Shown here: positions 10,684 to 20,747 of the stretch, piece by piece | Layout of the letters: each line of letters starts with the position of its first letter | Position numbering within the stretch: the stretch's first letter is position 1 | Source: Deltaproteobacteria bacterium | GTDB taxonomy: Bacteria; Myxococcota_A; UBA9042; PHBI01 | Length of the DNA: 58,475 nt | Assembly (NCBI GenBank): GCA_016792665.1 | Contig: JAEUKJ010000179.1 | Span: 1 to 58,475 of the forward strand | Direction of reading: 5' to 3' | Program-made: the position numbers and the translations under genes | The notes under the pieces: generated by a model | Seen by the model: only the letters and a program-made list of their open reading frames with translations | What the model was told of the DNA's origin: nothing | The model's database searches: none

Positions 10684-11370
10684 TCATCGCGCGACGAAGC
10701 GCAAGGGCGCCTTCAGGGTGAGGGGCGGGGCCGCACCGGTGACCGGGTCGACGACGAAGACCTTGGCGTTCGAGGTGCCGTGCGCGACGCACTCGGTGGC
10801 GAGGCCGCCTTTCAGGACCGAGCCCGGTCCGCGGACCTCGAAGGGGGAACCCCCGCGGACCTTGTACCACTTGCCGCCATGCAGAAAGCCGATTCCCCAG
10901 GCTGACTTGCAGGCCTCGCAGGGGCCGACGCCGATGCCGACAGGGATGTCGCAAGAGCCGCCCTGGAAGAAGGTGTTGGGCGGATAGCGCACGACCGCAT
11001 CGGTCATGGTGACCTCGATGAAGAGGCCGCTGGCGGGGTGGTAGACCGTGACGAGATCGTAGATGGCGCGACCCGCGGTGACGTCGTCGCCGCCGCGCCG
11101 CACGAGCAGTCCGAGCGGCACGCCATCGGCGTCTTCGAGCCAGAGCCCGGCCGGGTCTTCGGTGCCCGCGGGGACGTCGTCGGGGCGCTGGGTGTCGAGC
11201 GGGGTGTCGCTCACCGAGGTGTCGGCCGAGACGGTGTCCCCGGGGAGCGCGGTGTCGACTGAGGTCGCGTCGTCGACGCCGTCGGCGCTGTCGACCAGGA
11301 CGGGGCCGGGTGCTGCGCTCTCGGAGCAGGCGAGGAAGGAGAAGGTGAGCGAAGCGAGGAGCATGCGCAT
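10684..11370 (-). CDS. Hypothetical lipoprotein with Asp/Thr-rich linker and Cys-containing C-terminal domain
   Basis: MRMLLASLTFSFLAC lipobox; DT-rich linker. Confidence 0.75.
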   Translation of the reverse strand: MRMLLASLTFSFLACSESAAPGPVLVDSADGVDDATSVDTALPGDTVSADTSVSDTPLDTQRPDDVPAGTEDPAGLWLEDADGVPLGLLVRRGGDDVTAGRAIYDLVTVYHPASGLFIEVTMTDAVVRYPPNTFFQGGSCDIPVGIGVGPCEACKSAWGIGFLHGGKWYKVRGGSPFEVRGPGSVLKGGLATECVAHGTSNAKVFVVDPVTGAAPPLTLKAPLRFVAR

Positions 11371-11690
11371 GGCGCGACGATGCCCGAGCCGTGACGGCGA
11401 GGCAATCTCAGGCGGTGGCGCGGGGCGGGCGAGGTCGCGCGGGGCTGGTCCGAGGCGGTGCGGGAGGGCTCGCCACGGCGCCTGAACTGGAGTATGTCTC
11501 GCGCCCTCGCGCGGCAGGTGCATGCGCGAGCCCGAGGGCAGGCTCAGCCGGGCCTTCGGCGGCCATGGCGCGCGCCGGGGTGCGCATGGCTCCTTTCCCA
11601 TCCCGGAGGCGTCGCGTCGCCCGTCAACGGGGCGCGAGCAAGGTGGTCGCTGCGAGCCTTTGCGGGCTGGGCGATCAAGAGGTTCACACC

Positions 11691-13025
11691 ATGGCTTGGG
11701 TCATCGCTATTGTTTTTGCGGTCCTGGCGATCGCGCTCTTCCTGAAGCAGATGCGGGACGCCGCGCTCGTCAACGAGCTGCGCGACGCGCGGGACGAGCT
11801 CCAGAAGGACATTCGTCGTCTGGCCGAGAAGGTCAAAGACCACGACCAGAAGATGTCGAAGAAGGACCAGGAGGTCGGGGCTTCGAAGGATCAGAAGAAG
11901 CAGATCCAGGACGCCGAGGCCGCCAAGAAGGCCGCCGAGGCTGCAAAGAAGGCCGCCGAGGAAGAGAAGTCCAAGGTCGAGGAGCGCAACCGCGAGCTGT
12001 CGGCCGAGCTGAACCGCGTGCGCATCGAGAAGGAGCAGCAGCGTCAGGAGCTCTACACCGCGAAGGAGCGGCTGCGCGAGCTGGGCGAGTCGGCGGCTCA
12101 GGTGGCCGAGCTGAAGGCTGCGGCGGCGAAGGCCAACGAGAGTGCCAAGGCAGCCGAGCAGCGCGCCGAGGCGGCCAAGGCCGAGGCCGCGTCGCTGAAG
12201 CCGGTCCAGGGCGAGACGGACGAGCAGCGGGAAGAGCGCCAGTCGGCGAAGCTGAAGCGCGAGGTCGAGCGGCTCTCGACGTCGGTCGGCAAGCTCGAGT
12301 CGGCGCTCGAGAAGTGGAAGACGCAGGCGCTCGAGAGCGAGAGCGCGGCGCGCAGGAACGACAAGCGCGTGCGTGACACGCAGAGCCTCCTGAACATCAC
12401 GCAATCGCAGCTGGACCATGCGCTGGACGAGATCCACATCCTGAAGTTCGGCGAGGAGCCGGAGTTCCCGCAGGTGGAGAAGGCCAAGAAGAGGGCGGCG
12501 CTGAAGCCGAGGGAAGAGGCCGTCGAGGTGCGCGCCGGTGAGGTGAAGGTGCTGCCCGACCTCGAGCGCGAGTTGAGCGGTGAGGCGGCCCCCAAGGCCG
12601 ACAGCGCGGCCACGCCCAAGGCCGAGCCGGCCCCGAAGGCCGCCAGGGTCGAGGCGCCCAAGGTCGAAAAAGCTGACAAGGTCGAGGCCCAGACGGTCGA
12701 AAAAACTGACACGGCGCCCAAGGCCGAGCCGCCCAAGGCCGAGCCGCCCAAGGCCGAGCCGCCCAAGGCCGAGCCCGCCAAGGCCGAGCCGCCCAAGGCC
12801 GAGCCTCCCAAGGTGACCGCGAAGGCCGAGGCGCCCAAGGCCGACGCGAAGTCGGACGCCAAGGGTGACGCGAAGAAGGCCAAGGCCGACAAGCCCGAGG
12901 CCAAGGCCGACAAGGCCGAGGGGACGACCGTCCTTCGCAAGAAGGAAGAGGCCCCGGCCAAGACGGACGCGAAGGCGGCCGACGCTGGGCCGAAGTCGAA
13001 GGCGCCGCCGCGTCCGAAGAAGTGA
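11691..13025 (+). CDS. Membrane-anchored long coiled-coil protein with Pro/Lys/Ala/Glu-rich tail
   Basis: GAGG RBS before ATG 11691; N-terminal TM helix; heptad-rich middle; PKAEP repeats. Confidence 0.85.
   Translation: MAWVIAIVFAVLAIALFLKQMRDAALVNELRDARDELQKDIRRLAEKVKDHDQKMSKKDQEVGASKDQKKQIQDAEAAKKAAEAAKKAAEEEKSKVEERNRELSAELNRVRIEKEQQRQELYTAKERLRELGESAAQVAELKAAAAKANESAKAAEQRAEAAKAEAASLKPVQGETDEQREERQSAKLKREVERLSTSVGKLESALEKWKTQALESESAARRNDKRVRDTQSLLNITQSQLDHALDEIHILKFGEEPEFPQVEKAKKRAALKPREEAVEVRAGEVKVLPDLERELSGEAAPKADSAATPKAEPAPKAARVEAPKVEKADKVEAQTVEKTDTAPKAEPPKAEPPKAEPPKAEPAKAEPPKAEPPKVTAKAEAPKADAKSDAKGDAKKAKADKPEAKADKAEGTTVLRKKEEAPAKTDAKAADAGPKSKAPPRPKK
12717..12812 (+). repeat. 15-bp coding tandem repeat (PKAEP)
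   Basis: About six copies of CCCAAGGCCGAGCCG with variants. Confidence 0.85.
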
Positions 13026-13047
13026 GGTCGCGAGGGCGATGAGGTGG

Positions 13048-13085
13048 GGCGCGTTCCTCTCGCGAGGGCGCGCCTTTCTTGTTTC
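13048..13085 (+). terminator. Putative intrinsic terminator
   Basis: GGCGCGTTCCTC/GAGGGCGCGCC stem followed by TTTCTTGTTT, just after the stop at 13025. Confidence 0.6.
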
Positions 13086-13117
13086 AGGGCTCGTGACGGC
13101 CGAGCAGGAGAGAGAAC

Positions 13118-14203
13118 GTGAACACGGAGACGGTGCTTCGCCCCCATGCCGAGGTGACCTTCGCGGCCGAGCTGACGGCGCTGGCCGCGGTCGATCACGC
13201 CCCGCGTCCGGGGTCGTGGCGGCTCTCGCCGCAGGCGGTGCGGACCTATCTCCTGGGCGGCACCCTGGCCGACGGGACGGTCATCACGCCGAAGTACATC
13301 GGGGCGGCGCGCCTCATCGAGGTCGCGATAGCGACTCTAGCGACCGACCGGGCCCTGCTGTTGGTGGGCGTGCCGGGCACCGCGAAGAGCTGGGTGGCCG
13401 AGCACCTGGCGGCGGCCATCTCCGGGGTCTCGACGCTGCTCGTGCAGGGCACCGCGGGCACCGACGAGAACCAGCTGCGCTACGGCTGGAACTACGCGCG
13501 CCTCCTGGCGGAGGGGCCGTCGGAGGCGGCGTTGGTGCCGAGCCCGGTGCTGGTCGGGATGCGAGAAGGGCGGCTCGTGCGCGTGGAGGAGCTGACGCGG
13601 ATCCCCTCCGAGGTGCAGGACTCGCTCATCACGCTCTTGTCCGAGAAGACCATGCCGGTGCCCGAGCTCGCGACCGAGGTGCAGGCGCGGCCAGGCTTCA
13701 ACGTCATCGCGACCTCGAACCTGCGCGACCGCGGCACCAACGACCTCAGCGCGGCGCTCTTGCGGCGCTTCAACATCGTGACCCTGCCGACGCCCGAGAC
13801 GCTGGAGGACGAGGTCGAGATCGTGCGGCGCCGCGTGCACGACCTCGGGCGGGCCTTGGCGCTGCCGGCCGAGACGCCGCCGCTGGCCGAGATCCGGCGT
13901 ATCGTCACGGTCTTCCGCGAGCTGCGCGACGGGCGCAGCGTCGACGGTCGCACCAAGCTGAAGTCGCCGAGCGGTTCGATGTCGACGGCCGAGGCAGTCA
14001 GCGTCGTGACGCATGGCCTCGCGCACGCGGCCTACTTCGGCGATGGGCAGGTGCGCGCGGACGACCTTGCGCCGGGGCTGGTCGGGGCGATCTTGAAGGA
14101 CCCGAACCAGGACCGCGTGGTGCTGGACGAGTACCTGAAGACGGTCGTGAAGGACCGCGAGGAGTGGCGAGATCTGTTGAGGGCCTGCCTCGATCACCTT
14201 TGA
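13118..14203 (+). CDS. MoxR-family AAA+ ATPase, YehL-like
   Basis: Walker A GVPGTAKS, Walker B RVEELTR, NLRDRG..LSAALLRRF; N-terminal LRPHAE...WRLSPQAV typical of YehL-like proteins. Confidence 0.88.
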   Translation: MNTETVLRPHAEVTFAAELTALAAVDHAPRPGSWRLSPQAVRTYLLGGTLADGTVITPKYIGAARLIEVAIATLATDRALLLVGVPGTAKSWVAEHLAAAISGVSTLLVQGTAGTDENQLRYGWNYARLLAEGPSEAALVPSPVLVGMREGRLVRVEELTRIPSEVQDSLITLLSEKTMPVPELATEVQARPGFNVIATSNLRDRGTNDLSAALLRRFNIVTLPTPETLEDEVEIVRRRVHDLGRALALPAETPPLAEIRRIVTVFRELRDGRSVDGRTKLKSPSGSMSTAEAVSVVTHGLAHAAYFGDGQVRADDLAPGLVGAILKDPNQDRVVLDEYLKTVVKDREEWRDLLRACLDHL

Positions 14204-14297
14204 GCCGTGCAGGCCTGAGAACATCGTCGCCAGGGCCCCGAGCGCGGCCGAGCAGCGCGCCCTGGGTTCGAGCCCGGCGGCCTGCTACGATGGGGCC

Positions 14298-14492
14298 ATG
14301 TTCTTCTTCGAGATCGTGAGCTTCATGATCGTGTGGCCCATCGTCTGGTGGCTCGGGGGAAGGTTGGCGCGCGACGGCGAAAAGCCCGCGCCGCCGCGTG
14401 AGCCCCTGCCCGACAACGTCGTCGACCTTGCGTTGTACCGGCGGGCTCGCGGGGCCGAAGCGGGCGGGGCGAGTCGGGCGCGCGGACGCTGA
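14298..14492 (+). CDS. Small membrane protein
   Basis: Hydrophobic N-terminus and NVVDL..YRR tail; fills the intergenic gap. Confidence 0.55.
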   Translation: MFFFEIVSFMIVWPIVWWLGGRLARDGEKPAPPREPLPDNVVDLALYRRARGAEAGGASRARGR

Positions 14493-14540
14493 AGCGATGG
14501 ACCAGGGCAGACGGGACGACTTGGATCTGGGGACGGGACG

Positions 14541-15785
14541 TCAGTGCCAGCGGCCCTTCAAGCGATCGGGCACGCGCAGGACGAACGCGTCCAGGTAGAC
14601 GTGGCCCGAGAAGTCGGCGCCGAAGGCCATGAGCCCCGCGTCGAGAGTGCCGTCGAGCTGCCAGTTCGGGACGAAGCCGCGCGCCTTGGGGAGCGCGCCG
14701 ACGACCTCGACCGCGGACCAGGTCTTGGTCGCGAGGTCGAGCTGCCAGAGGTCGGCCAGCATGTGGCTGCCGTTGGGGGCGTCTGAGCCATAGCCGAAGA
14801 GCAGGATGCTCTCGTCGGGCGCGAGCGAGGTCCAGGCGTAGCGACGGCCGGGTGGGCGCTCGCCGGTGATGGCGACCTCGCGCCAGGTCTCGCGCTCGCC
14901 GTTGAAGCGCCACACGTCGGTCGGGTAGGTCGGGGCGCCGTCGGCGAGGCCCATGCCACCCAGGAGGAGCACGTCGCCGTTGTCGAGGACGTGGACGGCG
15001 GCGTCGTAGCGGGCGGAGGGGCCGGCCGCGGCGAGCTCGGTGAAGGTGCGGTCGGTGGGGTCCCAACGCCAGGTGCTGGCCGTGAAGGCGCGCTGGGTCG
15101 AGCTCAGGCCGCCAAAGACGTAGCCGCGGTCGTGGGGGCCCGAGAAGAAGGCGGCGCAGCCCACGGGGAAGTCGGCCACGCCGGCGGTGTCGATCGGGGT
15201 GGCGTTGCCGGTGTCGAGGTCGATGAGGACGACCGAGGTCACGTCGCCGAAGTTCGAGCCGCGGCCACCGACGACCAGGAGCTCGTTGCGGGTCGGGTCG
15301 TGGAGAGCGCACTGGCAGTAGCGCGGGACGTCCTGCGAGGCGACCTCGGTGGCCGTGAGCATCGTGCCCGCGAAGGTGCCGCCGTGGATCTCCGCCCGCA
15401 CCTTCTGCGTGCCGTCGACCCCACCGATGAACAGGCGGCCGGCCGTGACGGCGCCCCAGAGGGGCGGCAGGCCGTCGACCTGGATCGGCTCGAAGGAGAA
15501 GGCGTCGCTGGGTCCGGTCGTGTCGGCCACGTCGGGGGCGACGTCAGCTGAGGCGTCCGCGGTGTCGCTCGTGTCGAGCGCGGTGTCGTCCGTCGTGTCG
15601 CTCGGGGTCGTGTCGGACGCGTCGCTCGTGTCGGCCGGGGTCGTATCCGCAGCGTCGAGGGTGTCGCTGGGGGCGGTCGTGTCGACGGCGTCCTGACCCG
15701 CCGCCGGCCCGTCCGAGCAGGCCGCGAGCGCGAGGGTGACAAGGCAGGCAGGCGCGAGCGGGAAGAGGCGGCGAGGGCTTCTCAC
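14541..15785 (-). CDS. Kelch-repeat (beta-propeller) lipoprotein
   Basis: LALAAC lipobox; DT-rich linker; repeated LLVVGG/YVFGG/LLLGG...W motifs. GTG start with GGAG RBS. Confidence 0.82.
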   Translation of the reverse strand: MRSPRRLFPLAPACLVTLALAACSDGPAAGQDAVDTTAPSDTLDAADTTPADTSDASDTTPSDTTDDTALDTSDTADASADVAPDVADTTGPSDAFSFEPIQVDGLPPLWGAVTAGRLFIGGVDGTQKVRAEIHGGTFAGTMLTATEVASQDVPRYCQCALHDPTRNELLVVGGRGSNFGDVTSVVLIDLDTGNATPIDTAGVADFPVGCAAFFSGPHDRGYVFGGLSSTQRAFTASTWRWDPTDRTFTELAAAGPSARYDAAVHVLDNGDVLLLGGMGLADGAPTYPTDVWRFNGERETWREVAITGERPPGRRYAWTSLAPDESILLFGYGSDAPNGSHMLADLWQLDLATKTWSAVEVVGALPKARGFVPNWQLDGTLDAGLMAFGADFSGHVYLDAFVLRVPDRLKGRWH

Positions 15786-15916
15786 GAGGGACTCCTGGGT
15801 GACGCGGCGAGCTCGATCGATGACGCCTCGGCGCCGAATGCGCAAGACGCGCGCGGCCCGGTTTCCCAGTGCGAACCGAGGACGACGTTCGGTTCGGGAT
15901 CGCGGACCGAGCCGGG

Positions 15917-18900
15917 TCAGGGCCTACGGCGGCGGAGACCGAGCCCGAGCCAGGCGATGAGGAGGCCACCCAGGTGCAAGCCCGAGCCACCCGCGCAGCC
16001 CGAGGTCTCGGGAACCGGGAGGGTCTCGGGCAGCTCGACCCGCGGGGCTCCAGTGTCGAGGATGCTCGTGTCGCGGGCCACGGTGGTGTCGGTTGTCGGG
16101 AGCGTGTCGGCGATGGTGTCGTGCGTGTCGCGAGCGTCGGTGGTGTCGAGGACATCGGTGGTGTCGGGCTCGGTCGTCGTGTCGGGTTCGACCGTCGTGT
16201 CGACGATCAACGTCGTGTCGGGTTCGACCGTCGTGTCGGCGACCACGGTCGTGTCGGGTTCGACCGTCGTGTCGACGATCAACGTCGTGTCAGGTTCGGT
16301 CGCTGTGTCGACGATCAATGTCGTATCGGGCTCAGGTGTCGTGTCGACCAACACGGTCGTGTCGGGCTCAGGTGTCGTGTCGGGCTCAGGTGTCGTGTCG
16401 GGCTCAGGTGTCGTGTCGACGACCACGGTCGTGTCGGGCTCAGGTGTCGTGTCGACCAACACCGTCGTGTCTGGCTCAGGCGTCGTGTCGGGCTCGGGGG
16501 TCGTATCGGGCTCGGGGCTCGTGTCGACCAACACCGTCGTGTCAGGCTCAGGCGTCGTGTCGACCACCACGGTCGTGTCGGGCTCGGGAGTCGTGTCGGG
16601 CTCGGGGGTCGTGTCGGGCTCGGGGGTCGTGTCGACCATCACGGTCGTGTCGACGGGTGCCGCCGTGTCGACCGGGACCGCGGTGTCGGGCGCGATATCG
16701 GTGTCCTGGTCCATGGCGAGATCGGGCTCATCGGTGTCGCTGGCCGTGTCGACCGGGACGTCGGTGTCGACCTCGTCCACCTCGTTCGAGACGTCCTGAA
16801 CCTCCGCGACGACCTCGACGTCTTCGACCTCAGCGACGACCTCGACGTCTTCGACCTCAGCGACGTCCTGAACGTCCTCGCCTTCCTCGACGACCTCGGC
16901 TTCCTCGACGACCTCGGCCTCCTCGACGACCTCGACGACCTCGACCTCCTCGACGACCACCGGACACTCGCAGGCCTCCCACGTGCCGCCAAAGCACTGG
17001 TCCGCGCGGCGGACACAGTCGGGGCCCTCATCGCAGGCCGCAAGGACGAGCGACGCGTCGGCCGCATCGACCTGCCCGTCGCAGTCGTCGTCGCGGCCGT
17101 TGCAGACCTCGACGAGGGTCTGGCAGGCGTCGATGACGCCGTCGTCGTTGCAGTCGTGGCCGCCCGCCGCGAGCGCGCAGCTGTCGACGACCCCATCGCG
17201 ATCGCAGTCGTCGACCAGCCCTTCGTCGATCTCGCACGCATCGAGGCGACCGCTGCCGTCGCAGTCGATCCCCTGCTGACATGCATCGGCGGTCCCATCG
17301 CCGTCGCAGTCCTCGAACGACTCGCACACGTCGAGGCGGCCGTCCTGGTCGCAGTCGGCCTCGCCCCCGCGCAGGTCACAGCGGTCGAGGAGGCCGTTGT
17401 CGTCGCAGTCCTGCCCCGCGATCTGGCAGCCATCGAGGACACCGTCCCCGTCGCAGTCCAGCGCCCCCGCCGCGAGCTGGCAGTGGTCGGCCACCCCATC
17501 ACCGTCGCAATCGGCGACCCCGGCCTCGACCACGCATCGGTCGAAGGCGACGAACACCGCGGAGTAGGCCGGCACCGCGACCGCCTCCGCCCCCTGCCCT
17601 ACCGTGAATGGGTCGCTGAAGAGGCCGGTCCCGAGCTCGCCGCCCATGCGCCTCAGCGCCACCACGCGCGCGGCCCCGAGGCCTTCGACCGTGACCAGGA
17701 CGTCCCGGTCCGGGTCCTTGTTGACGAGCACCACCGTGACCGGGCCCAGCGGATCTCTGGCGGCGTAGGCGCCGAAGTGATCGGGATCCGAGGACGGGAT
17801 CGCGAGCGACAGCTCGCCAAACGGCAGCTCCGCGTCTCGGTACAGGCGGAACGCCGACTGCACGGCGGTCCCGACCGGAGGCAACGGCCAGAAGGTCGCG
17901 AGGTCCACACCCTCACGCCCGAAGATCCCGAGCACATCGGCCGCGGCGAGCCCACCCGACAGGTCACGCTCGGCCCCCCAGCTCCACTCGCCGATCGCCA
18001 GCTTCGTCCCGGGATAGCGCGCCGCGATGATCTCGCGCATGCGCGGGATGAGGCGCGGGCGGTTGCGGTCGGCCTGCGAGGTCGCGTCCTGGTCGACCCC
18101 GATCCAGCCCTCGTCCGTATAGCTCGCGTCCCACAGCGAGCGCGTCGATCGCAGGCGGCGCGCCTTCAGCGCGGACGAGCCGGCCTCGTCGGTGAAGACG
18201 TCGGTCGGGTAGAAGTGGATGTCCAGCGCGTGCAGCGTGCGGCGCCCGAGTTGCTGGTCACGGGCCTTGGCGCGCCCGAGGAACCACGGCAGGAAGTCCT
18301 GGCCGCCGTGCGCTGCCTTGTCCGCGGCGCCGACCCCGGTGTTCCAGTAGAACCACCAGCAGCACGAGGACGGGGCCGCGATCTGCGCGTCGGGGAAGCG
18401 GTCGAGGATGACGTTCGAGTAGCGATCGAAGCGGTCCCAGATCTGATCATACGACAGCGGTGTCGCCTGTATGTCGCGGTGCGTCTCGTGGGCGATGTCG
18501 AGCTCGTTGTCGATGGCGAACCAGATCGGACCATCGACGAGCGTCGCCAGCCAGTCTGCCGCGAGCGCGGGCGACCACGCCGTCATCGTGTCGCTCGGGT
18601 CGTTGACGACCTTCTGCCCACTGTGAAGGACCCCGTTGCCGGCGTCCGGACGCGAGGGGTTCGTCGCCGTCTGGGCCCCGTACTTGGCCACCGAGAACGA
18701 GTGCGAGCTGGCGTCCTTGGCCACCCAGTCGAGGGCAGGCAGCGAGAAGAACGGCACGAGCCCGAGCTCGGTCATGTCTTCGATCCAGGCGACGGCACCG
18801 TCCTCCTGGCGGTTCATGAACCAGTTGTCCGCGCCCGCGTTGGTCACGTCGAGGAAGGGGTTGTGAGCGCTCGTGTGGTTGCCGCCCCAGCGCGCCACGG

Positions 18901-19753
18901 TGACGCCGTTGCGCTCGACGAAGGCGGCATCGGGCGGGAACGCGATGCCGTAGATCTCGGGCGCGATGGCGCGCACCGGGTCGAGGTCGACAGACAGCGT
19001 GCGCGACGCGAGGGTGCGGGTCCAGACGCCATCGGCAGTCGTGACGATGACCGGCCCGTCGACGAGGTCGTCGTCCAGGGTCACGACCGCGCGCGCCGGG
19101 TTCGCGAGCGTGACCGCGTCGATGACGCCGAGCGTGCGCCCGCCGTTGTCGACCTGGACATCGGCGGGCTCGCCACGCCCGTAGAGGACGAGCGCGCGGC
19201 GGCCGGCGAGCTCGGCGTTGGTGAAGACCTGCGGCTCGGGCATGGCGCTGAGCAGCGTCACGTCGTCGACCCGGAAGGTCACCTGGGCGTTGGTCCCGTT
19301 CATGATCGAGATGCGCGTCCAGGGGCCCTGGCCGAAGGCCGAGAGCGGGATCAAGACGCGGCGATAGGCACCGTCGATGGGCGTCGTGTAGTCGCCGACC
19401 GGGAGCTGTGGCGAGGCGACGAGGCGGACGTCGTCCTGGAGGTAGACCCGCAGCGGGGTCTGCCCTTCGACCCAGAACGAGAGCACGGTGGAGGTGCCGA
19501 GCCCGGTGGCGCGATAGAACGAGAGGGCCCCGAAGCCCGAGGCCGTGCCGCGAATGGCGCGCGCGCCGGTGTGCACGAGCTGGGTGTGCGCGAGGTCGTA
19601 GCTGCCGGACCAGGACCAGTTCTGCCAGCCGGCGGACAGGGCGTCGGCGTAGATCACCTCGTCGGCGCGGGCAGGTCCCGAGAGCAAGTAGAGCGAAGCG
19701 AGCGCGAGGAGCGACTTCGAGAAAGGGCGGTGGCGTGTCAACCTGGCGATCAT
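15917..19753 (-). CDS. Surface-anchored glycoside hydrolase family 44 (endoglucanase/xyloglucanase) with Cys/Asp repeats, repetitive stalk and MYXO-CTERM-like tail
   Basis: Signal peptide; RWGGN, DNE..IAHETHRD, LDIHFYP, RSTRSLWD, LAIGEWSWG, ADVLGIFGREG; C-terminal GC..GG-hydrophobic-RRRR. Confidence 0.85.
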   Translation of the reverse strand: MIARLTRHRPFSKSLLALASLYLLSGPARADEVIYADALSAGWQNWSWSGSYDLAHTQLVHTGARAIRGTASGFGALSFYRATGLGTSTVLSFWVEGQTPLRVYLQDDVRLVASPQLPVGDYTTPIDGAYRRVLIPLSAFGQGPWTRISIMNGTNAQVTFRVDDVTLLSAMPEPQVFTNAELAGRRALVLYGRGEPADVQVDNGGRTLGVIDAVTLANPARAVVTLDDDLVDGPVIVTTADGVWTRTLASRTLSVDLDPVRAIAPEIYGIAFPPDAAFVERNGVTVARWGGNHTSAHNPFLDVTNAGADNWFMNRQEDGAVAWIEDMTELGLVPFFSLPALDWVAKDASSHSFSVAKYGAQTATNPSRPDAGNGVLHSGQKVVNDPSDTMTAWSPALAADWLATLVDGPIWFAIDNELDIAHETHRDIQATPLSYDQIWDRFDRYSNVILDRFPDAQIAAPSSCCWWFYWNTGVGAADKAAHGGQDFLPWFLGRAKARDQQLGRRTLHALDIHFYPTDVFTDEAGSSALKARRLRSTRSLWDASYTDEGWIGVDQDATSQADRNRPRLIPRMREIIAARYPGTKLAIGEWSWGAERDLSGGLAAADVLGIFGREGVDLATFWPLPPVGTAVQSAFRLYRDAELPFGELSLAIPSSDPDHFGAYAARDPLGPVTVVLVNKDPDRDVLVTVEGLGAARVVALRRMGGELGTGLFSDPFTVGQGAEAVAVPAYSAVFVAFDRCVVEAGVADCDGDGVADHCQLAAGALDCDGDGVLDGCQIAGQDCDDNGLLDRCDLRGGEADCDQDGRLDVCESFEDCDGDGTADACQQGIDCDGSGRLDACEIDEGLVDDCDRDGVVDSCALAAGGHDCNDDGVIDACQTLVEVCNGRDDDCDGQVDAADASLVLAACDEGPDCVRRADQCFGGTWEACECPVVVEEVEVVEVVEEAEVVEEAEVVEEGEDVQDVAEVEDVEVVAEVEDVEVVAEVQDVSNEVDEVDTDVPVDTASDTDEPDLAMDQDTDIAPDTAVPVDTAAPVDTTVMVDTTPEPDTTPEPDTTPEPDTTVVVDTTPEPDTTVLVDTSPEPDTTPEPDTTPEPDTTVLVDTTPEPDTTVVVDTTPEPDTTPEPDTTPEPDTTVLVDTTPEPDTTLIVDTATEPDTTLIVDTTVEPDTTVVADTTVEPDTTLIVDTTVEPDTTTEPDTTDVLDTTDARDTHDTIADTLPTTDTTVARDTSILDTGAPRVELPETLPVPETSGCAGGSGLHLGGLLIAWLGLGLRRRRP
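16160..16640 (-). repeat. Coding tandem repeats (PEPDTT / VLVDTT, 18-bp units)
   Basis: More than 20 GTCGTGTCG-containing units in the GH44 stalk. Confidence 0.9.
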
Positions 19754-19817
19754 AGCCAGGCACACGGGTCGAGGCGCCAGCGAACCGGAGGGGCTTCAGC
19801 GGGCGCTCAGATCGGAG

Positions 19818-20597
19818 TCAGCGCCCCAGCGGCACCGGGCGACGCGGGCAGAGGGCCGCGGCCATGGGGTGCTCGAGCTCGACGGCCCAGGTGCAGCGCA
19901 GCTCGGGAGGGACGCTGGTGGCGGTGCGCAGACCGCGGTGCAACAGCATCACGGGCGCATCGTGCTCGATGAGGAAGGTCATGAGCGAGGTCGCGTCTCG
20001 CGGCGAGAGGAAGCCGCGCGGGTCGACCGGAAGCGGGTGCCCGTCGACCTCGAAGGCGACGTCGGCGGGGCACTCGGGGCGGACCACGTCGACCGGCGGC
20101 AGGCTGTACTCGCTCTGGTAGTGGCGGTCGGGGATGAGGAAGGCCAGGGCCAGGGTGACGAGGCCGTCGAGGCCGATGACCGTTGCCATCACGTCGAGGG
20201 CGGGCGCGTCGGCGTCGGGGCCATCGCCACGCGGGACGAAGGCGAAGGCCGCGGCGAGGCCGAGCTCGGCGGCGCCGATGAAGCTATAGGCCAGGCGACC
20301 ACCGGAGTCGAAGCCGTAGGAGTCGACCTTCACGCGTGCGGCGGGCTCGTAGCGGCGTTGCTCGCAGACCGCGTAGGGCGGGGTGTCGAGGCGAGCCTCG
20401 ACGATCAGCGAATCGATGGGCTCGGCCGGGGCGCCAGGTGCCACGACCCATTGCTTGTCTTCGATCGTCGAGGTCGTCGGCCACTGTCCGGTGGCACCGA
20501 CGACGGTGCCGGTGAGGACGCCGCAGCCCGCGAGCGAGGCGGAGACGGGGACGATCGAGAGCATCGAGAGCAAGGTGAACGCTCGGCGGCGCCGCAT
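19818..20597 (-). CDS. Hypothetical lipoprotein with two internal hydrophobic helices
   Basis: MRRRR...SLAGC lipobox; GAGAGG RBS. Confidence 0.7.
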   Translation of the reverse strand: MRRRRAFTLLSMLSIVPVSASLAGCGVLTGTVVGATGQWPTTSTIEDKQWVVAPGAPAEPIDSLIVEARLDTPPYAVCEQRRYEPAARVKVDSYGFDSGGRLAYSFIGAAELGLAAAFAFVPRGDGPDADAPALDVMATVIGLDGLVTLALAFLIPDRHYQSEYSLPPVDVVRPECPADVAFEVDGHPLPVDPRGFLSPRDATSLMTFLIEHDAPVMLLHRGLRTATSVPPELRCTWAVELEHPMAAALCPRRPVPLGR

Positions 20598-20747
20598 AGA
20601 GCCTCTCAGGTGAGGCGCACACGTCGGAGGGGGCGCGCCCGGAGGCGCCGAGCGACGCGCGACCCGGCGTTCTATTCGCGGCCGGCAGCGACGCGCCGAG
20701 ATTATTCCCGGGGCGCGGCGCGATTCGCCAGCGCGTGCCGCGAGGGA

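Noticed and set aside
15957-16799. Ser/Val/Gly-rich ORF on the + strand
   Set aside because: Antisense read of the PEPDTT stalk of the GH44 gene.
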